From Azolla caroliniana (lineage: Eukaryota > Plantae > Polypodiophyta), in contig JBHGNT010000001.1 of assembly GCA_043228905.1 (NCBI GenBank), positions 22,196,001 through 22,260,000 of the forward strand: a stretch of 64,000 nucleotides of DNA, given 5' to 3'. Made by a program: the position numbers and the translations under genes. This document shows, piece after piece, positions 36,391 through 50,500 of this stretch (the stretch's first letter is position 1; each line of letters opens with the position of its first letter). The notes beneath the pieces are model-generated. The model saw nothing but the letters and a program-made list of their open reading frames with translations, searched no databases and was not told where the DNA came from.

Positions 36391-39257
36391 ATGAAAAAGG
36401 GGCGCGAATGACATGAGATACATAGTGAACAAACATGTGGGCAATTGAGTGTAAGATAAATAAGTGATGTCGCCCATATGGAAGTAGGTAATGACTACCC
36501 GAGAAAGGGACTAAAGTTGTGTACTGAATGATATTTTAACTAATGGAGTATATTCGTTTTTGGTAGAAAAAGATAATGATAATGGGCAAGAAGTAAACTG
36601 CAAGAATATTGTTCATTGAAGGAAAGATTGTGAGTTATATAATTGGTAATATGCGTAGAGAAAAACACAACAAAATAGGTCCATGGTCAAGCTAAGCATG
36701 ATAGACACATATCAATAAGAAGAGGCCACATTTGGACCTAACAATAAGAAAAAAGTGATTGCTCGTTGCTCCACCCAATATCGTCATGGTCAAGCTAATT
36801 CGAGTGCAAAACATTCTCAGCAATATTTCTATGGAAGAGGTGATGATCTTTTTGTACTTTACATTTGTTAATATAAAACTTTGGTAATGGCACCATTATT
36901 GCATTAATTTGCTTGACTTATGTTTTATAGTGTCTACCTCAATTGTAATTTGCTTTAGAAATTAGAAGCCAATCAATTTCTTTATATTTTGTGCATTTTT
37001 CAACTATTTTTGATTTACTTGCACCTTCTAGCTATGGTTTGAAGATGACTTATATATCCAACCCTTTTCTTCTTCTGATTCTAAGAGTAACATAGACTTC
37101 ATCTTAGTTTATGCCTCTTGAAATCAAGCATGAGACATAAAATTCCATAATGGTAATTGTAATGCCTTTTTCCCAAGGGCTTTTTAAGGTGATTTTGAGC
37201 TTCTTTCTAAGGTTTTCTATGCCTAATATTTTGCTTCGCAAGATTTAAGTTGACACTTGTTCATAACCAAATTGTTGGATATAATAAATATGGCTATAGA
37301 TAAAGGCTAGACCTTAGACATACTATGATATGATATTCACCAAATTCATCATATACTATAATTGATATTTTTATAATCATTAGACAATGAATTTACAATG
37401 CATTTCATGAATTTTCCCAAAAATTGATATTAATAATGAAATGTAGTATCTCCTTCTGGATGGATCTCTCATTTCTCCTTTATCATTTTCTTAGAATCTA
37501 TGAATTATTTTTCTTTTACATGTCATGTGATGTTAATGCCTTGGATGGGAGGACAACTATCAATACCACTATTACAAACTTTATAAAACTGATTGAGTGT
37601 TTGTATTTCATCACATGAGGAAACTAAATTTTGTGCTTAAAATAAAAGGCTTTAAAGTCAAAACACTTGTACAACTTCTGAAAGGGAGCATGATGCTTTG
37701 CGGCTTTTTTAGAAGACCAATAATATACTGGCTCCTTTCCCCAATCGTGGATCAATTTTTTTCAAAAAGGTCGTGTTCACTAGGTTAACAATTATGATTT
37801 TGGTTTAGTAAGATGTATATTACTATCATTGTGAATTGAGAACCCATAAAATAACAATGATTTAAATGGAAAATGCGTCTACTATATACTTCCGTTCTTA
37901 AAAGCAATCAAAGGAAAGAGTGTAAGTTCAAGACAACAAAAAAGAGAATGTTTGAGGGATTTTGTTGAAAAGCTAAATTCCAATAGTTGATGTTGATGAA
38001 AAATATTATTATTGTGAGCCATTTAAATGCAAAAGTGCCCAAAACCTTTTCTAATGATGGAAATAAGGATTGCTTAACAAGCCATGTGTAGTTTTTCCCA
38101 AACATTGGGCTAGGAAATCCCTAAAATGTGTGATGAATATTTGTATTCATTTGGTGATGGACCAAATCCATAATAAGTGTAAGGTAGTTTTTGATTCTCT
38201 ATCTCTTAGAATCTTAATTGACGTTAAGCAAAATTAAAGAGGAAAATAAGGAACAAAGGGTACTAGTCTATTCGACCACCCCCTAGTGAAGGTGAAAGAC
38301 GGATCTAAGTCCCACGTTGGTGTCCGATACCATCGTGTACGAACATGTATTGTACCTTTGGATTGAAGGAGGCTGTTGAGATATCAAGCTCAACACACTA
38401 AGTTTAGCCATTCAATTAACCACGTAACTTAGTAGTTACCTAGATAGAATCTAGTTAGTGTGTTGAGCTTTTAAACCCTTAAATAGGACCTTGTACTTGT
38501 ACATAAGTGGGGATACATTCTAGATCCTCCACTACCAAGTATATTTAATATAGGACTTACATCCTTGTACCTATATTCTACTCCCACATGTGCACCCTTG
38601 CACATGAGTTGTATATATACCTCATTGTGGGCATTTTTGTAACTTGATGCTTATTAACATAGAGAAGAGTCTTTAGCTACACTCTTGTTAATCATCCCCC
38701 ATTTATATTATTGTTCATAAGTGTATCTTCCTCTCTCTCCTCTCACACACATACACACACAAATCACATAATCTTTTGTTGCTTTATCAATACTCACATA
38801 ATTAGACCCTAATTAACCTTAGTTAATTACCTAATTATTAACATGGTATCAAAGTGTGTGGTTTAGTACATACACTAAGCCCACCCGACTCTTCGTGATT
38901 GTATGTTCAAGACACCGACAACAAATTCAACTATCCGCTACCGTAGTGCTACTACGTAGCACGTGTACATGACTGAAGAAAGAAAAGCCAAAAAGGAAGA
39001 CACTACATCAACATGAACACACAAATGGGCAGCTCGCTCCCTAGTGAAAAACTAGACCAGAGCAATTTTTCATCTTGGGAGTACAAGATGAACCAATACC
39101 TAGTCGCCCAAGGGTATTGGAGCTACATCAATGACACACTCCTAAACAAACCTGACATTACAAACGTTAACTACCCAACGTGGGAGCAAGGAGCGAGTTG
39201 GGTAATGTATTGCTTGGCAACATGTGTCCACGGCCACATGTTTAGCCACATTGGAGA

Positions 39258-40063
39258 TGACGGGAACTCAAGGCTCCTTATGTCCAACGCTCGGCCACAA
39301 CCGAGATTCTTTACTTACATAGAAAACAGGAAATGGAAAAACACGCGACACAAAAGGAGAGAAGAGGTACACAGGAGGTTTACGTGGAAAACCCCAAGCT
39401 AGGGGAAAAACCACGGTAGCCCACAGGCTGCAAACTGTCACTATGTGGGAATATACAACAGTGAGTTCACTGAGGCACCGACCTCGTGCTCACAAATCTT
39501 CGCCACAGGCGGCAATTACAACAGAGGCAACGACCTCTTTCTCTCTCTCTCTCTCTGTACACTATTACGTGCTCTCTCTTCTTCTTGCACCAACAAGGAA
39601 AAATGACAACAACAACTAAAAGTTTGCCCTAAGTCATATTTATACTAATATGACTTTTCGGCTATTTACAAATGTAGCCACGATGGGCTCTCAGAAACAT
39701 ATTTACGAATATGTCTCTTCATCCGATTCTCATCGGGTCTGTACCATCCGGCTCTCCGTAGCCGGGTATTCCTCATCCGGTCTTCACCGGGTCTGTATCA
39801 TCCGGCTCTCCGTAGCCGAGTACTCCTCATCCGGTTCATACCGGGCCTGCACCATCCGGCTCTCCATAGCCGAGTACTCCTCATCCGGTTCATACCGGGC
39901 CTGCACCATCCGGCTCTCCGTAGCCGAGTACTCCTCATCCGGTTCATACTGGGCCTGCACCATCCGGCTCTCCATAGCCGGGTCCTCCTCATACGGTTTT
40001 GGCCGAGGCCTTCATTGGCACTGTTCTTCTCCCTTCCCATCCGGAGGGACCTGTCTCCCAACA
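39258..40063 (-). mobile_element. Copia solo LTR inserted in gag
   Basis: TG...CA ends, TSD GGAGA/CGAGA, empty site in the paralog at about 60388. Confidence 0.88.
39719..39995. repeat. 54-bp minisatellite, about 5 copies, inside the solo LTR
   Basis: Unit tcatccggttcataccgggcctgcaccatccggctctccRtagccgagtactcc starting at 39719, 39773, 39827, 39881 and 39935. Confidence 0.92.
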
Positions 40064-40113
40064 CGAGACACCAAGATGCCTAAAGAAGCATGAGAGAACT
40101 TAATGAAAATTTT

Positions 40114-40228
40114 CGCCGGCCAACACTTCTGAATTGATGGCAGCATGGGATAGTATTGGTGTGAGCCACAACCCCACCATTATTACCACCACATTCATCC
40201 CGGCCACATGTCGTCCAAATGCGCCCAT
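40114..40228 (-). pseudogene. Truncated third copy of exon 1 (about 38 codons) fused to antisense copia gag
   Basis: ATG at 40228; the match ends at cgccggccaacac (40114). Confidence 0.88.
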
Positions 40229-41359
40229 TTCGACAAGTCTTCGGCTCTCTCTTTCTCTCTCGCACACTCCCTCGCTCGCTTGCTCACTCTCTTTTCTAGA
40301 GGTTTTTAAGCTTCTTTTATAGTTTTTTCAGCTTTTGCATTGGGTTTTGTATGCCTAGTTGAGAGCTCTCTAGGAGCTATAACTTAGATATTTGTTCACT
40401 AACAAATAGTTTGGATATAACCCATCTATTTATTGAGTCTAAGTTTAACTAAGCATAGCTTAGATGAAACTAAAACAGTCAGTCTATGTACATATATGGT
40501 ACATATAATATTTAAACCTAATTCATCATCAAAAATCATATTTTATATTTTATATACATTATCTTTACACAATGAATGGATTGCCTCATTTCATAACGTT
40601 CCAAAATGTAGCATGGCCTTATGGACCTCCAATTTCTTCTTTCTCATTTACTTAGAATATGTGAAACATTTTTCCTTACATGGCATGTCACATCTAATGC
40701 CTTGGATATTAAAAACTTCCGTACAAACTTCATAAAACCGTATGGGGGTTTATAATTCATCACATGTGGATATTAAATTGAATACTTCAAGAAAAAGGGT
40801 TTTCAAATATAAAAAAGACCTGCCATGTTTGTCCTCCATGGGTTTCTCGCCTTCATCTTGGTGTACTTTTGGGTACATGACACCTTGGGAGTCGGGACAA
40901 TATTCATACTAATCATAAACATCCCCCATTGCTACTAGTAGAGTCATCCTTTATGGTTGTCATAATGCACCAATTTTGATTCTATATTTATTTGACCATA
41001 TCCTTTGCCTCTCCATCGACATACTCCAAAATTTCATTGTTGGCATTGTTTGAGAATGCAAAAGATATCTTCACGAACTTAGCCTCCATCTTTGTCATCC
41101 TTCTAGAATTGTGAGAGCAATGTTGGTGCTAATACTTCTAGCTTGGATACATGTAATGCAAATTTGCAAGGGCATCATGAGCTTAAGTTGATCTACACTA
41201 TGGCACTTGTTTATGAGATGAGGATATGGTATTAAATTCAGAGCGTGCTTTAATTCTTACTTCCTTTTACCCTAGATATCATATGGGTGAATAACGTTTC
41301 GAGCTTGCTAGTCTTATTGAAAAGGTGAAACATTGCCTCCCAAGTCAGTACATTAACAC

Positions 41360-42090
41360 GTGTACAATATTGTCGCTTGTCCCAAAAAGGAACGAATAAA
41401 TGGATCTATAAACTCTAGAAGAAAGAATTGCCCTCATACTCGCTTATGGCTTATTGCGCACAGATCCTTGCCGGTAGGGGCGTGCGCTACATGCCCGAAT
41501 GTAGACCCTAGATGTAGTGCATGTGGACAATTAGAAAGTATTTCCCATTGTCTATGGGAATGTCACGAGGCAACGACAATATGGGAAAGGGCATTTACGA
41601 TTACTATGCCATGCCTCTCGCTCATTTACCCTCAAATGGGGACATGCTTGTTGGAATTGTCTTGATGATGATGTGAAGAAATTTGATAGCACATGCAAAG
41701 CAATGTACAGAGACGAGAATGGAACTATTCGATGATCACTGATAACATGGCACCTACAATTAGTGCCCAAAAGCATAAAATTGGAGATCATATATGGATG
41801 TTGCTTGCACCCATTATCATATGGAGCATATGGATGGCAAGATGTACCAAGGTATTTTCAGCAAACAAACGGCCTCCAACAAAATCTATTAAGCTAATAT
41901 GACACACATTAATAACTACATTAAGGGCACAATATGAGCGGATTGATGGGACGGATGATGCTTCAGAACTACATCGATGGCCGAATTTCAGAAAACGTTG
42001 GTCTACCACACCGATGGCTGCAGAAATTGGAATGGATATACGTTGACAGTACGTAGTGCCCGGGTGGTTGTTCCCCCCCCTCCCTTTAGA
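41360..42090 (+). mobile_element. LINE zf-RVT-like remnant, copy 4
   Basis: Near-identical to 28483. Confidence 0.75.
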
Positions 42091-42096
42091 TTAAAG

Positions 42097-43284
42097 TGAG
42101 GAGAATCGCACTCGGCCACAACTGAGTTTCAAACTTTAATGGCAGAATAACAGAGAATAGGAACAATGCACTTACATAGACAACGAGATAACACTACTGG
42201 ATATTTACGTGGAAAACCTCGACATGCAAAACCACAGGAGTACACAGACTCCGAACAGGATCTCTATAGGAGAGAGGTACAACAATGCGAGACTTAGAGG
42301 CAACGGCCTCGAGCTCTATCTTCGCCAATCGACGGTTACAACGGAAATGCTTTTTGTATCTCTCTCATGCTCTTTCTTTGTACTATGATAACTACATTTA
42401 ACTAATTCACTACAACTACATACAGTTATTGCCCTAGTTATATTTATACTTATATAACTTTAGGGCTATTTACAAATATGACCTCAACAATTACATCGGA
42501 ACATATTTATTTATATGTTCCTGCTTCTTGTTCACATCGGATCCGAACGGACACCTTTCGGATCCATCTGGTCTAGTTTCCTCTTCAAACTATACTGACA
42601 ACCAGAGATCTTTGACCACTAGCATGTCCCTCATCTTAGACTTCTACACTACGTAGTTGCAGCGGGTGAGCTTGAACATGCCACCGAATGACTCTTCCAC
42701 TTTCTTCGTTTGTTTGAAGTTTAGAACTTTGCTCTGATACCAATTTGTCGAAAATCGCACTCGGCCACAACTGACTTTCAAACTCTACTAGAAGATTAAC
42801 ATAGAATAGGAACAATGCACTTACACAGACAACGAGATGACACGAGATATTTACGTGGAAAACTTGGAGAGGCAAAACCATGGGAGTTCACAGACTTCGA
42901 ACAGTATCACGATAGGGGAGGTACAACAATGGGAGACTCAAAGGCAATGGCTTCGAGCTCTGTTTCTTTCAACCGGCGGTTACAATCTCTCTCTCTCTCC
43001 CTCCCTCCCTCTCTGTACAGTGATACCTACTAACTAACTCACTGCAACTACATACAATTATTGTCCTAGTTATATTTATACTTATATAACACTAGGATTA
43101 TTTACAAATATGACCCCAACTGTCACATCGAAACATGTTTACTAATATTTCCCTGCTTCTTATTCTCACCGAATCCGCCCGGATACCTTCCAGATCCATC
43201 CAGTCCGGTTTCTTCCTCCGACTCGTCCGATCCACTCGTTCGGTTCTCATCGGGATCCCAGCCGGAGGGACCGGTTTCTCAACA
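42097..43284 (-). mobile_element. Internally deleted mini Ty1/copia element, copy 3
   Basis: As copies 1 and 2. Confidence 0.85.
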
Positions 43285-45020
43285 GAAATAGGGCCATGAA
43301 TGACATGAGATACATAGTGAACAAACATGTGGGCTATTGAGTGTAAGATAAATAAGTGATGTCGCCCATATGGAAGTATGTAATGACTACTCGATAAACG
43401 GACTAAAGTTGTGTACTCAATGACATTTTCACTAATGGAATATATTCTTTTTTGGTAAAAAAAGAATTTGATAATTGGCAAAAAGTAAATTACCAGAATA
43501 TTGTCCATTGAAGGAAAATTTGAGAGTTACATAATTGGTAATATGCAATGTGCATAGAGAAAAACCCAACAAAACATGTCCATGGCCAAGCTAAAGCATG
43601 ATAAGAACATATCAATAAGAAGAGGCCACATTTGGACCTAACAATAAGAAAAAAGTGATTGCTCGTTGCTCCACCCAATATCTTCATGGTCAAGCTAATT
43701 TGAGTGCAAAACATTCTTGACAATATTCCTATGTAAGAGGTTATGATCTTTTTGTACTTTACACTTGTTAATCTAAAACTTTCGTAATGGCACCATTATT
43801 CCATTAATTTGGTACTTAGGTTTTATAGTGTCTACCTCAATTGTAATTTTCTTTACAAATTGGAAGCCATTCAATTTCTGCATACTTTTTGCATTTTCAA
43901 CTATTTTTGATTTACTTGCACCTTCTAGCTATGGTTTCAAGATGGCTTATATATCCAACCCTTTTCTTCTTCTAATTCTAAGAGTAACATAGACTTCATC
44001 TAAGTTCATGCCTCTTCAAATCAAGCATGAGACAAAAAATTCATAATGGTAACCGTAATGCCTTTTTCCTAAGGGGTTTTTAAGGTGATTTTGAGTTTTT
44101 TTATAAGGTTTTCTGTGCCTAATATTCTACTTTTCAAGATTTAAGTTGACACTTGTCCACAACCAAATTGTTGGATATAATAAATATGGCTACAGGTAGA
44201 GGATATGATATTCACCAAATTCATCATATACTATATTTGATATTTTTATTATCATTAAACAATGAATTTCATGAATTTTCTATAAAATTTGATATTAATA
44301 ATAGAATGTAGTATCTCCTTCTCGGTGGATCTCTTGTTTCTCCTTTATCATTTTCTTAGAATCTATGAATTGTTTTTTTCAGTACAAACTTTATAAATCC
44401 GTATGGGGGTTTATAATTCATCACATGTGGATATTAAATTGAATACTTCAAGAAAAAGGGTTTTCAAATGAAAAAAAGGCCTGCCAAGTTTGTCCTCCAT
44501 GGGTTTCTCGCCTTCATCTTGGTGTACTTTTGGGTACATGACACCTTGGGAGTCGGGACAATATTCATACTAATCATAAACATCCCCCATTGCTACTAGT
44601 AGAGTCATCCTTTATGGTTGTCATAATGCACCTATTTTGATACTATATTTATTTGACCATATCCTTTGTCTCTCCATCGACATACTCCAAAATTTCATTG
44701 TTGGCATTGTTTGAGAATGCAAAAGATTTCTTGACGAACTTAGCCTCCATCTTTGTCATCCTTCTAGAATTGTGAGAGCAATGTTGGTGCTAATACTTCT
44801 AGCTTGGATACATGTAATGTAATTTTGCAAGGGCATCATGAGCTTAAGTTGATCTACACTATGGCACTTATTTATGAGATGAGGATATGATATTAAATTT
44901 AGAGCGTGCTTTAATTCTTACTTCCTTTTACCCTAGATATCATATGGGTGAATAACGTTTCGAGCTTGCTAGTCTTATTGAAAAGGTAAAACATTGCCTC
45001 CCAAGTCAGTACATTAACAC

Positions 45021-45750
45021 TTGTACAATATTGTCCCTTGTCCCAAAAAGAAACGAATAAATGGATCTATAAACTCTATAAGAAAGAATTGCCCTCATAC
45101 TCGCTTATGGCTTATTGCGCATAGATCCTTGCCGGTAGGGGTGTGGGCTAAAGGCCCGAATGTAGGCCCTAGATGTAGTCCATGTGGACAGTAAGAAAGT
45201 ATTTCCCATTGTCTATAGGAATGTCACGAGGTAATGGCAATATGGGAAAGGGCATTTACGATTGCTATGCCATGCCTCTCGCTCATTTACCCTCAAATGG
45301 GGACATGTTTGTTGGAATTGTCTTGATGATGATGTGAAGAAATTTGATAGCACATGCAAAGCAATGTACAGAGGCGAGAATGGAACTATTCGATGATCAC
45401 TGATAACAGGGCACCTATAGTTAGTGCCCAGAAGCAGAAAATTGGAGATCAGATATGGAATTTGGTTGCACCCATTATCATATGGAGCATATGGACGACA
45501 AGATGTACTAGAGTATTTTCAGCAAACAAACGACCTCCAACAGAATCTATTAAGCTAATATGACACACATTAATAACTACATTGAGGGCACAATATGAGC
45601 GGATTGATGGGACGGATGATGCTTCAGAACTACACCAATGGCCAAATTTTAGAAAACGTTGGTGTTCTACACCGATGGCAACAGAAATTAGAATGGATAT
45701 ACGTTGGTAGTATGTAGTGCCTGGGTGGTTGTTCCCCCCTTCCCATTCGA
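45021..45750 (+). mobile_element. LINE zf-RVT-like remnant, copy 5
   Basis: Near-identical to 35662. Confidence 0.75.
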
Positions 45751-47506
45751 TGAAAAAGGGGCGCGAATGACATGAGATACATAGTGAACAAACATGTGGG
45801 CAATTGAGTGTAAGATAAATAAGTGATGTCGCCCATATGGAAGTAGGTAATGACTACCCGAGAAAGGGACTAAAGTTGTGTACTGAATGATATTTTAACT
45901 AATGGAGTATATTCGTTTTTGGTAGAAAAAGATAATGATAATCGGCAAGAAGTAAACTGCAAGAATATAGTTCATTGAAGGAAAGATTGTGAGTTATATA
46001 ATTGGTAATATGCGTAGAGAAAAACACAACAAAATAGGTCCATGGTGAAGCTAAGCATGATAGACACATATCAATAAGAAGAGGCCACATTTGGACCTAA
46101 CAATAAGAAAAAAATGATTGCTCACTGCTCCACCCAATATCGTCATGGTCAAGCTAATTCGAGTGCAAAACATTCTCAGCAATATTTCTATGGAAGAGGT
46201 GATGATCTTTTTGTACTTTACATTTGTTAATATAAAACTTTGGTAATGGCACCATTATTGCATTAATTTGCTTGACTTATGTTTTATAGTGTCTACCTCA
46301 ATTGTAATTTGCTTTAGAAATTAGAAGCCAATCAATTTCTTTATATTTTGTGCATTTTCAACTATTTTCGATTTACTTGCACATTCTAGCTATGGTTTCA
46401 AGATGACTTATATATCCAACCCTTTTCTTCTTCTAATTCTAAGAGTAACATAGACTACATCTTAGTTCATGCCTCTTGAAATCAAGCATGAGACATAAAA
46501 TTCCATAATGGTAATTGTCTTGCCTTTTTCCTAAGGGCTTTTTAAGGTGATTTTGAGCTTCTTTCTAAGGTTTTCTATGCCTAATATTTTGCTTCGCAAG
46601 ATTTAAGTTGACACTTGTTCACAACCAAATTGTTGGATATAATAAATATGGCTATAGATAAAGGCTAGACCTTAGACATACTATGATATGATATTCACCA
46701 AATTCATCATATACTATAATTGATATTTTTATAATCATTAAACAATGAATTATCCATAAAATTTGATATTAATAATAAAATGTAGTATCTTGTTCTGGAT
46801 GGATCTCTCATTTCTCCTTTATCATTTTCTTAGAATCTATGAATTGTTTTTCTTTTACATGTCATGTGATGTTAATGCCTTGGATGGGAGGACAACTATC
46901 AATACCACCGTTACAAACTTTATAAAACTAATTGAGTGTTTGTATTTCATCACATGAGGAAACTAAATTTTGTGCTTAAAATAAAAGGCTTTAAAGTAAA
47001 AACACTTGTACAACTTCTGAAAGGGAGCATGATGCTTTGCGGCCTTTTTAGAAGACCAATAATATACTGGCTCCTTTCCCCAATCGTGGATCATTTTTTT
47101 CAAAAAGGTTGTGTTCACTAGGTTAACAATTATGATTTTGGTTTAGTAAGATGTATATTACTATCATTGTGAATTGAAAACCCATAAAATAACAATGATT
47201 TAAATGGAAAATGCGTCTACTATATTGTGAAATGCTCAAGATGTGAAATGCTCTCAAGAATAGCCCCCTTTCATTATGTCTCAAGTTACATTTTATAGAC
47301 TCTCTCTTAGCGTGGAGGGTGTTCTCCCGCTCCAATTAGCTCTACTAATTATGGGGCTTGGTGGGGGCCTAGTTTGGGTGTGGTGCATGAGGCTTGGTAG
47401 GGGCCTAATTTGGGTGTGGTCTATGTGTGGTGCATGGGGCTTGGTAGGGGCCTAATCTAGGTGTGGTCCATGTGACCACCACAATTCCCCCTTGTAAAAA
47501 AAAAAA

Positions 47507-50500
47507 GTTACTGTGCAGTCGAAGCGCGACGAGGCGTGGACGACGGTTCCAGACGGGGGGATGACACGAGCGTGGGTGTAGGCATGAGTGTGGGCGGGGG
47601 CGGTGGTAGTTGATGGAAGGGCTTCATGCGAGACTGGTGAGCAAAGGTAGAGCGGTTGTTGGAGGCGCGGCGGAGCAGGTATGTAGTGTCGTGTATCTGC
47701 TTTTGAACTTCGAAGGGACCGATCCATCAGTGCATGAGCGATTCGCTGAGACCGCGACGACGGATGGGGAAGTAGACGAGGACTTTGTCACCGACGTGGT
47801 ATTGATGGTCGACACGGCCTATATCGTGTTGTCGTTTTTGGCGTAGTTGTGCCTGGTGCAGGTTGCTCGTGATGGCTTTGCGGAGGAGGGGCTGGAGTTG
47901 TTGTAGGTGGGACCACCAAGACATTGCGTTAGCGTGGAGTCGTGTGGTTGGTTGCGGGACTGCCACTTCTGGGGGTAAGCGCGGGTCCCTTCCGTAAAGG
48001 GCCCGAAATGGGCTAATGCGGGTAGAGGCTTGCACCGTTGTGTTGTAGGCATGCGTAACGAAGGGCAAGATTCGGTCCCAGGTTGAGTGCAGCGGATCGA
48101 TGTAGGCTGAGATTTGTTGTTTTAAGGTTCGATTGAGGCGCTCCGTCAACCCATTCGTTTGCGGATGGTAGGGTGACGTGAATAACTGTTGGATTCCTAG
48201 TTGTGTTGAAACGAGGCGTAGGAGCTCACCGTTGAACTGGGGTCCTCGATCGGACAAGATTTGGAGTGGGCAACCGTGGGGGAAGATGATTTTCTCCAAT
48301 AGTTTGGAGGCGATGGTCATAGCCTTTGCATCTGGGATAGCGGCCGTCTCAGCCCAACGCGTCAAGTACTCGGTGATGACGAGGATGAATTTGTTCCCTC
48401 CTTGTGACTCGGGAAAGGGGCCCATAATGTCCCATCCGACGATTTCAAATGGAGCTTGAACTTGTATCGGATGTAAGAGGCCTTGAGCCACTTGAGGTGA
48501 TTTGATGGCCTGACATAAGTTGCATGCTTTGATGTAGGAGGCGACCTCGTGGCGTAGCCCAGGCCAATAGAATTTGCGACGAATTTTGTCGAGCACCTTA
48601 TGAAAACCCAAGTGGCCGGACAACGGGTGATCGTGGAAGAAACGAAGGTAAGACTGGCGTAGTTGCTCAGGCACGTAGACTCGGGGTTCTTTGCCTACTT
48701 GACAAAAAAGTAGGACATTATCCTGGATCATGAATTGCTTGGTGAGGGATGATGTCGGTTCAGCTCGTAGGCGGTGGCAGATATCTTGGATTTGTTTGTC
48801 GTGTTGTTGCATGTTGGCCATTTGGGACGAGGATATGGGGAAATCGATTGTGTTGGAGGTGATCTGGTTCGCCTGAAAGGATATGCGGGATAATCCATCG
48901 GCGACGATGTTTTGTGGACCATGGCGATAGCGCAGAGTGAATGTGTAATCCTGTAGCGCCAAAACCCAACGAAGTAAGCGGCCGGGTGGATGAGCCTTCT
49001 TTATGAGGGAGAGCAATGGCTGATGGTCGGTTTCGACTGATGTATTTGATCCGTGAAGGTATGGGTGGAAACGATGGAATGCCCAGACGATGGCGAGGAA
49101 CTCTTTTTCAGTTGTCGAGTAATTTTGTTCGGCTTTGGTAAGTGACCGACTGATGTAGGCAATCGGGCGGAGTTGGTCGTTGTCGTCGGATTGGAGCAGG
49201 ACCGCACCAAGGCCGACATTGGAGGCATCCGTCTGCAGATGGAAAGGCTTCGTGAAATTAGGGTGGGCCAGGAGGTCAGAGGCTTGGAGTGTTCTCTTGA
49301 GCTGCAGGAAGCTGGATTCGCAGGCTTTGGTCCACAGGAAGGGTGCGTCTTTTTGTAGGAGCGCGCGTAGTGGGGCTGACAGGTCGGCTAGCCGTGGGAT
49401 GAAACGAAGAGAGAACGTGAGGAGGCCGAGGAAGCGTTGAAGCTGCTTGACTGTGGTGGGGCGTGGGAATTTTTGGACTGCTTCTGTCTTCTCCGGGTCC
49501 ATTTGTATTCCGTCGGAGGAGATGACGTACCCAAGGAAGCGGAGGCACGTACTACCCCATCGTCACTTCTTCCATTGCAGCTGCAATCGATAGCGTTGAA
49601 CACAAGTTAGGACCTCCCGAAGGACTTGAAGGTGTTCTGCCCAAGTGCTTGTATGTACCAGAATATCGTCTAGATAGACGATGACGACACGGCGGGTGAT
49701 GAGATCATCGAAGATGGCATTAGCCATTCGCTGGAATGTGCTCCCCGCATCAGATAGGCCAAAGGGCATCCGTGTGAACTGAAAAATGTCTTTCCTAGTG
49801 CGGAATGCAGTTTTGTGGGCATCGTGAGGATTCATCGGGATCTGCCAATATCCCGAGGCTAGATCGAGGGAGGTGAAGTACTTTGATTTGCCAAGCTGGT
49901 CGAGGAGGTCATCGATACGAGGGAGAGGGTATCGGTCATGGGTGGTGACATGGTTCAGTTGTCGGAAGTCGACACAAAAGCGGTAAGAACCATCCCCTTT
50001 CTTTACCATGTGTGGCTCCGAGATCCACTCGCTCTTGGAAGGTGTGATAATCCCTTGTTGGAGCATAGTTTTGACGGCGTTGTCGATGCGCTCGTGGTTG
50101 AGAGGCGAGCGACGTCGGGGAGCTGCGTTGATGGGGCGGGCGTTGCCTGTAGGAATCGTGTGGTGAATCGGAAAACGGACCGAGGGAGGTTTTACAGGTG
50201 GTGTAGACAACGAGGGAAAGGTGGCGAGGAGCCGTCTGATGTCGTTGATGCGCTCCGCCAGTGATATCAGGTACTGTGTGTTGCTGATGTGGGTGGTATC
50301 CCGCGGAGTAGTGAAGAGCGCGATCGGAATGTGATTTGGGAGGATGAGCTGTTGTGCGGAGAAATCGAGACAGGCTCGACTATGGAGGAACCAATCACAT
50401 CCCAAGGTGATTGGGAACAACTGGCGCGGGAGGACGTAGAAACGATGGTGGATCTGGGCGGAACTAATGGTGAGCATGCACCTGACTTGCGTATGTGAGT

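Larger units (their letters stand above)
30519..40113. repeat. Large tandem duplication, first copy (A2+B)
   Basis: Collinear with 40114-~60440 once copy-specific insertions are removed. Confidence 0.9.
38374..40113 (+). mobile_element. Ty1/copia 5' LTR + PBS + gag start, truncated by the duplication breakpoint
   Basis: LTR 38374-38843, PBS TGGTATCAAAG 38844-38854, gag ATG at 39013 (EKLDQSNFSSWEYKM). Confidence 0.9.

Noticed and set aside
39719-39995. Regular repeats resembling a CRISPR array
   Set aside because: The units are contiguous 54-mers without unique spacers, there are no cas genes, and the context is a eukaryotic LTR.
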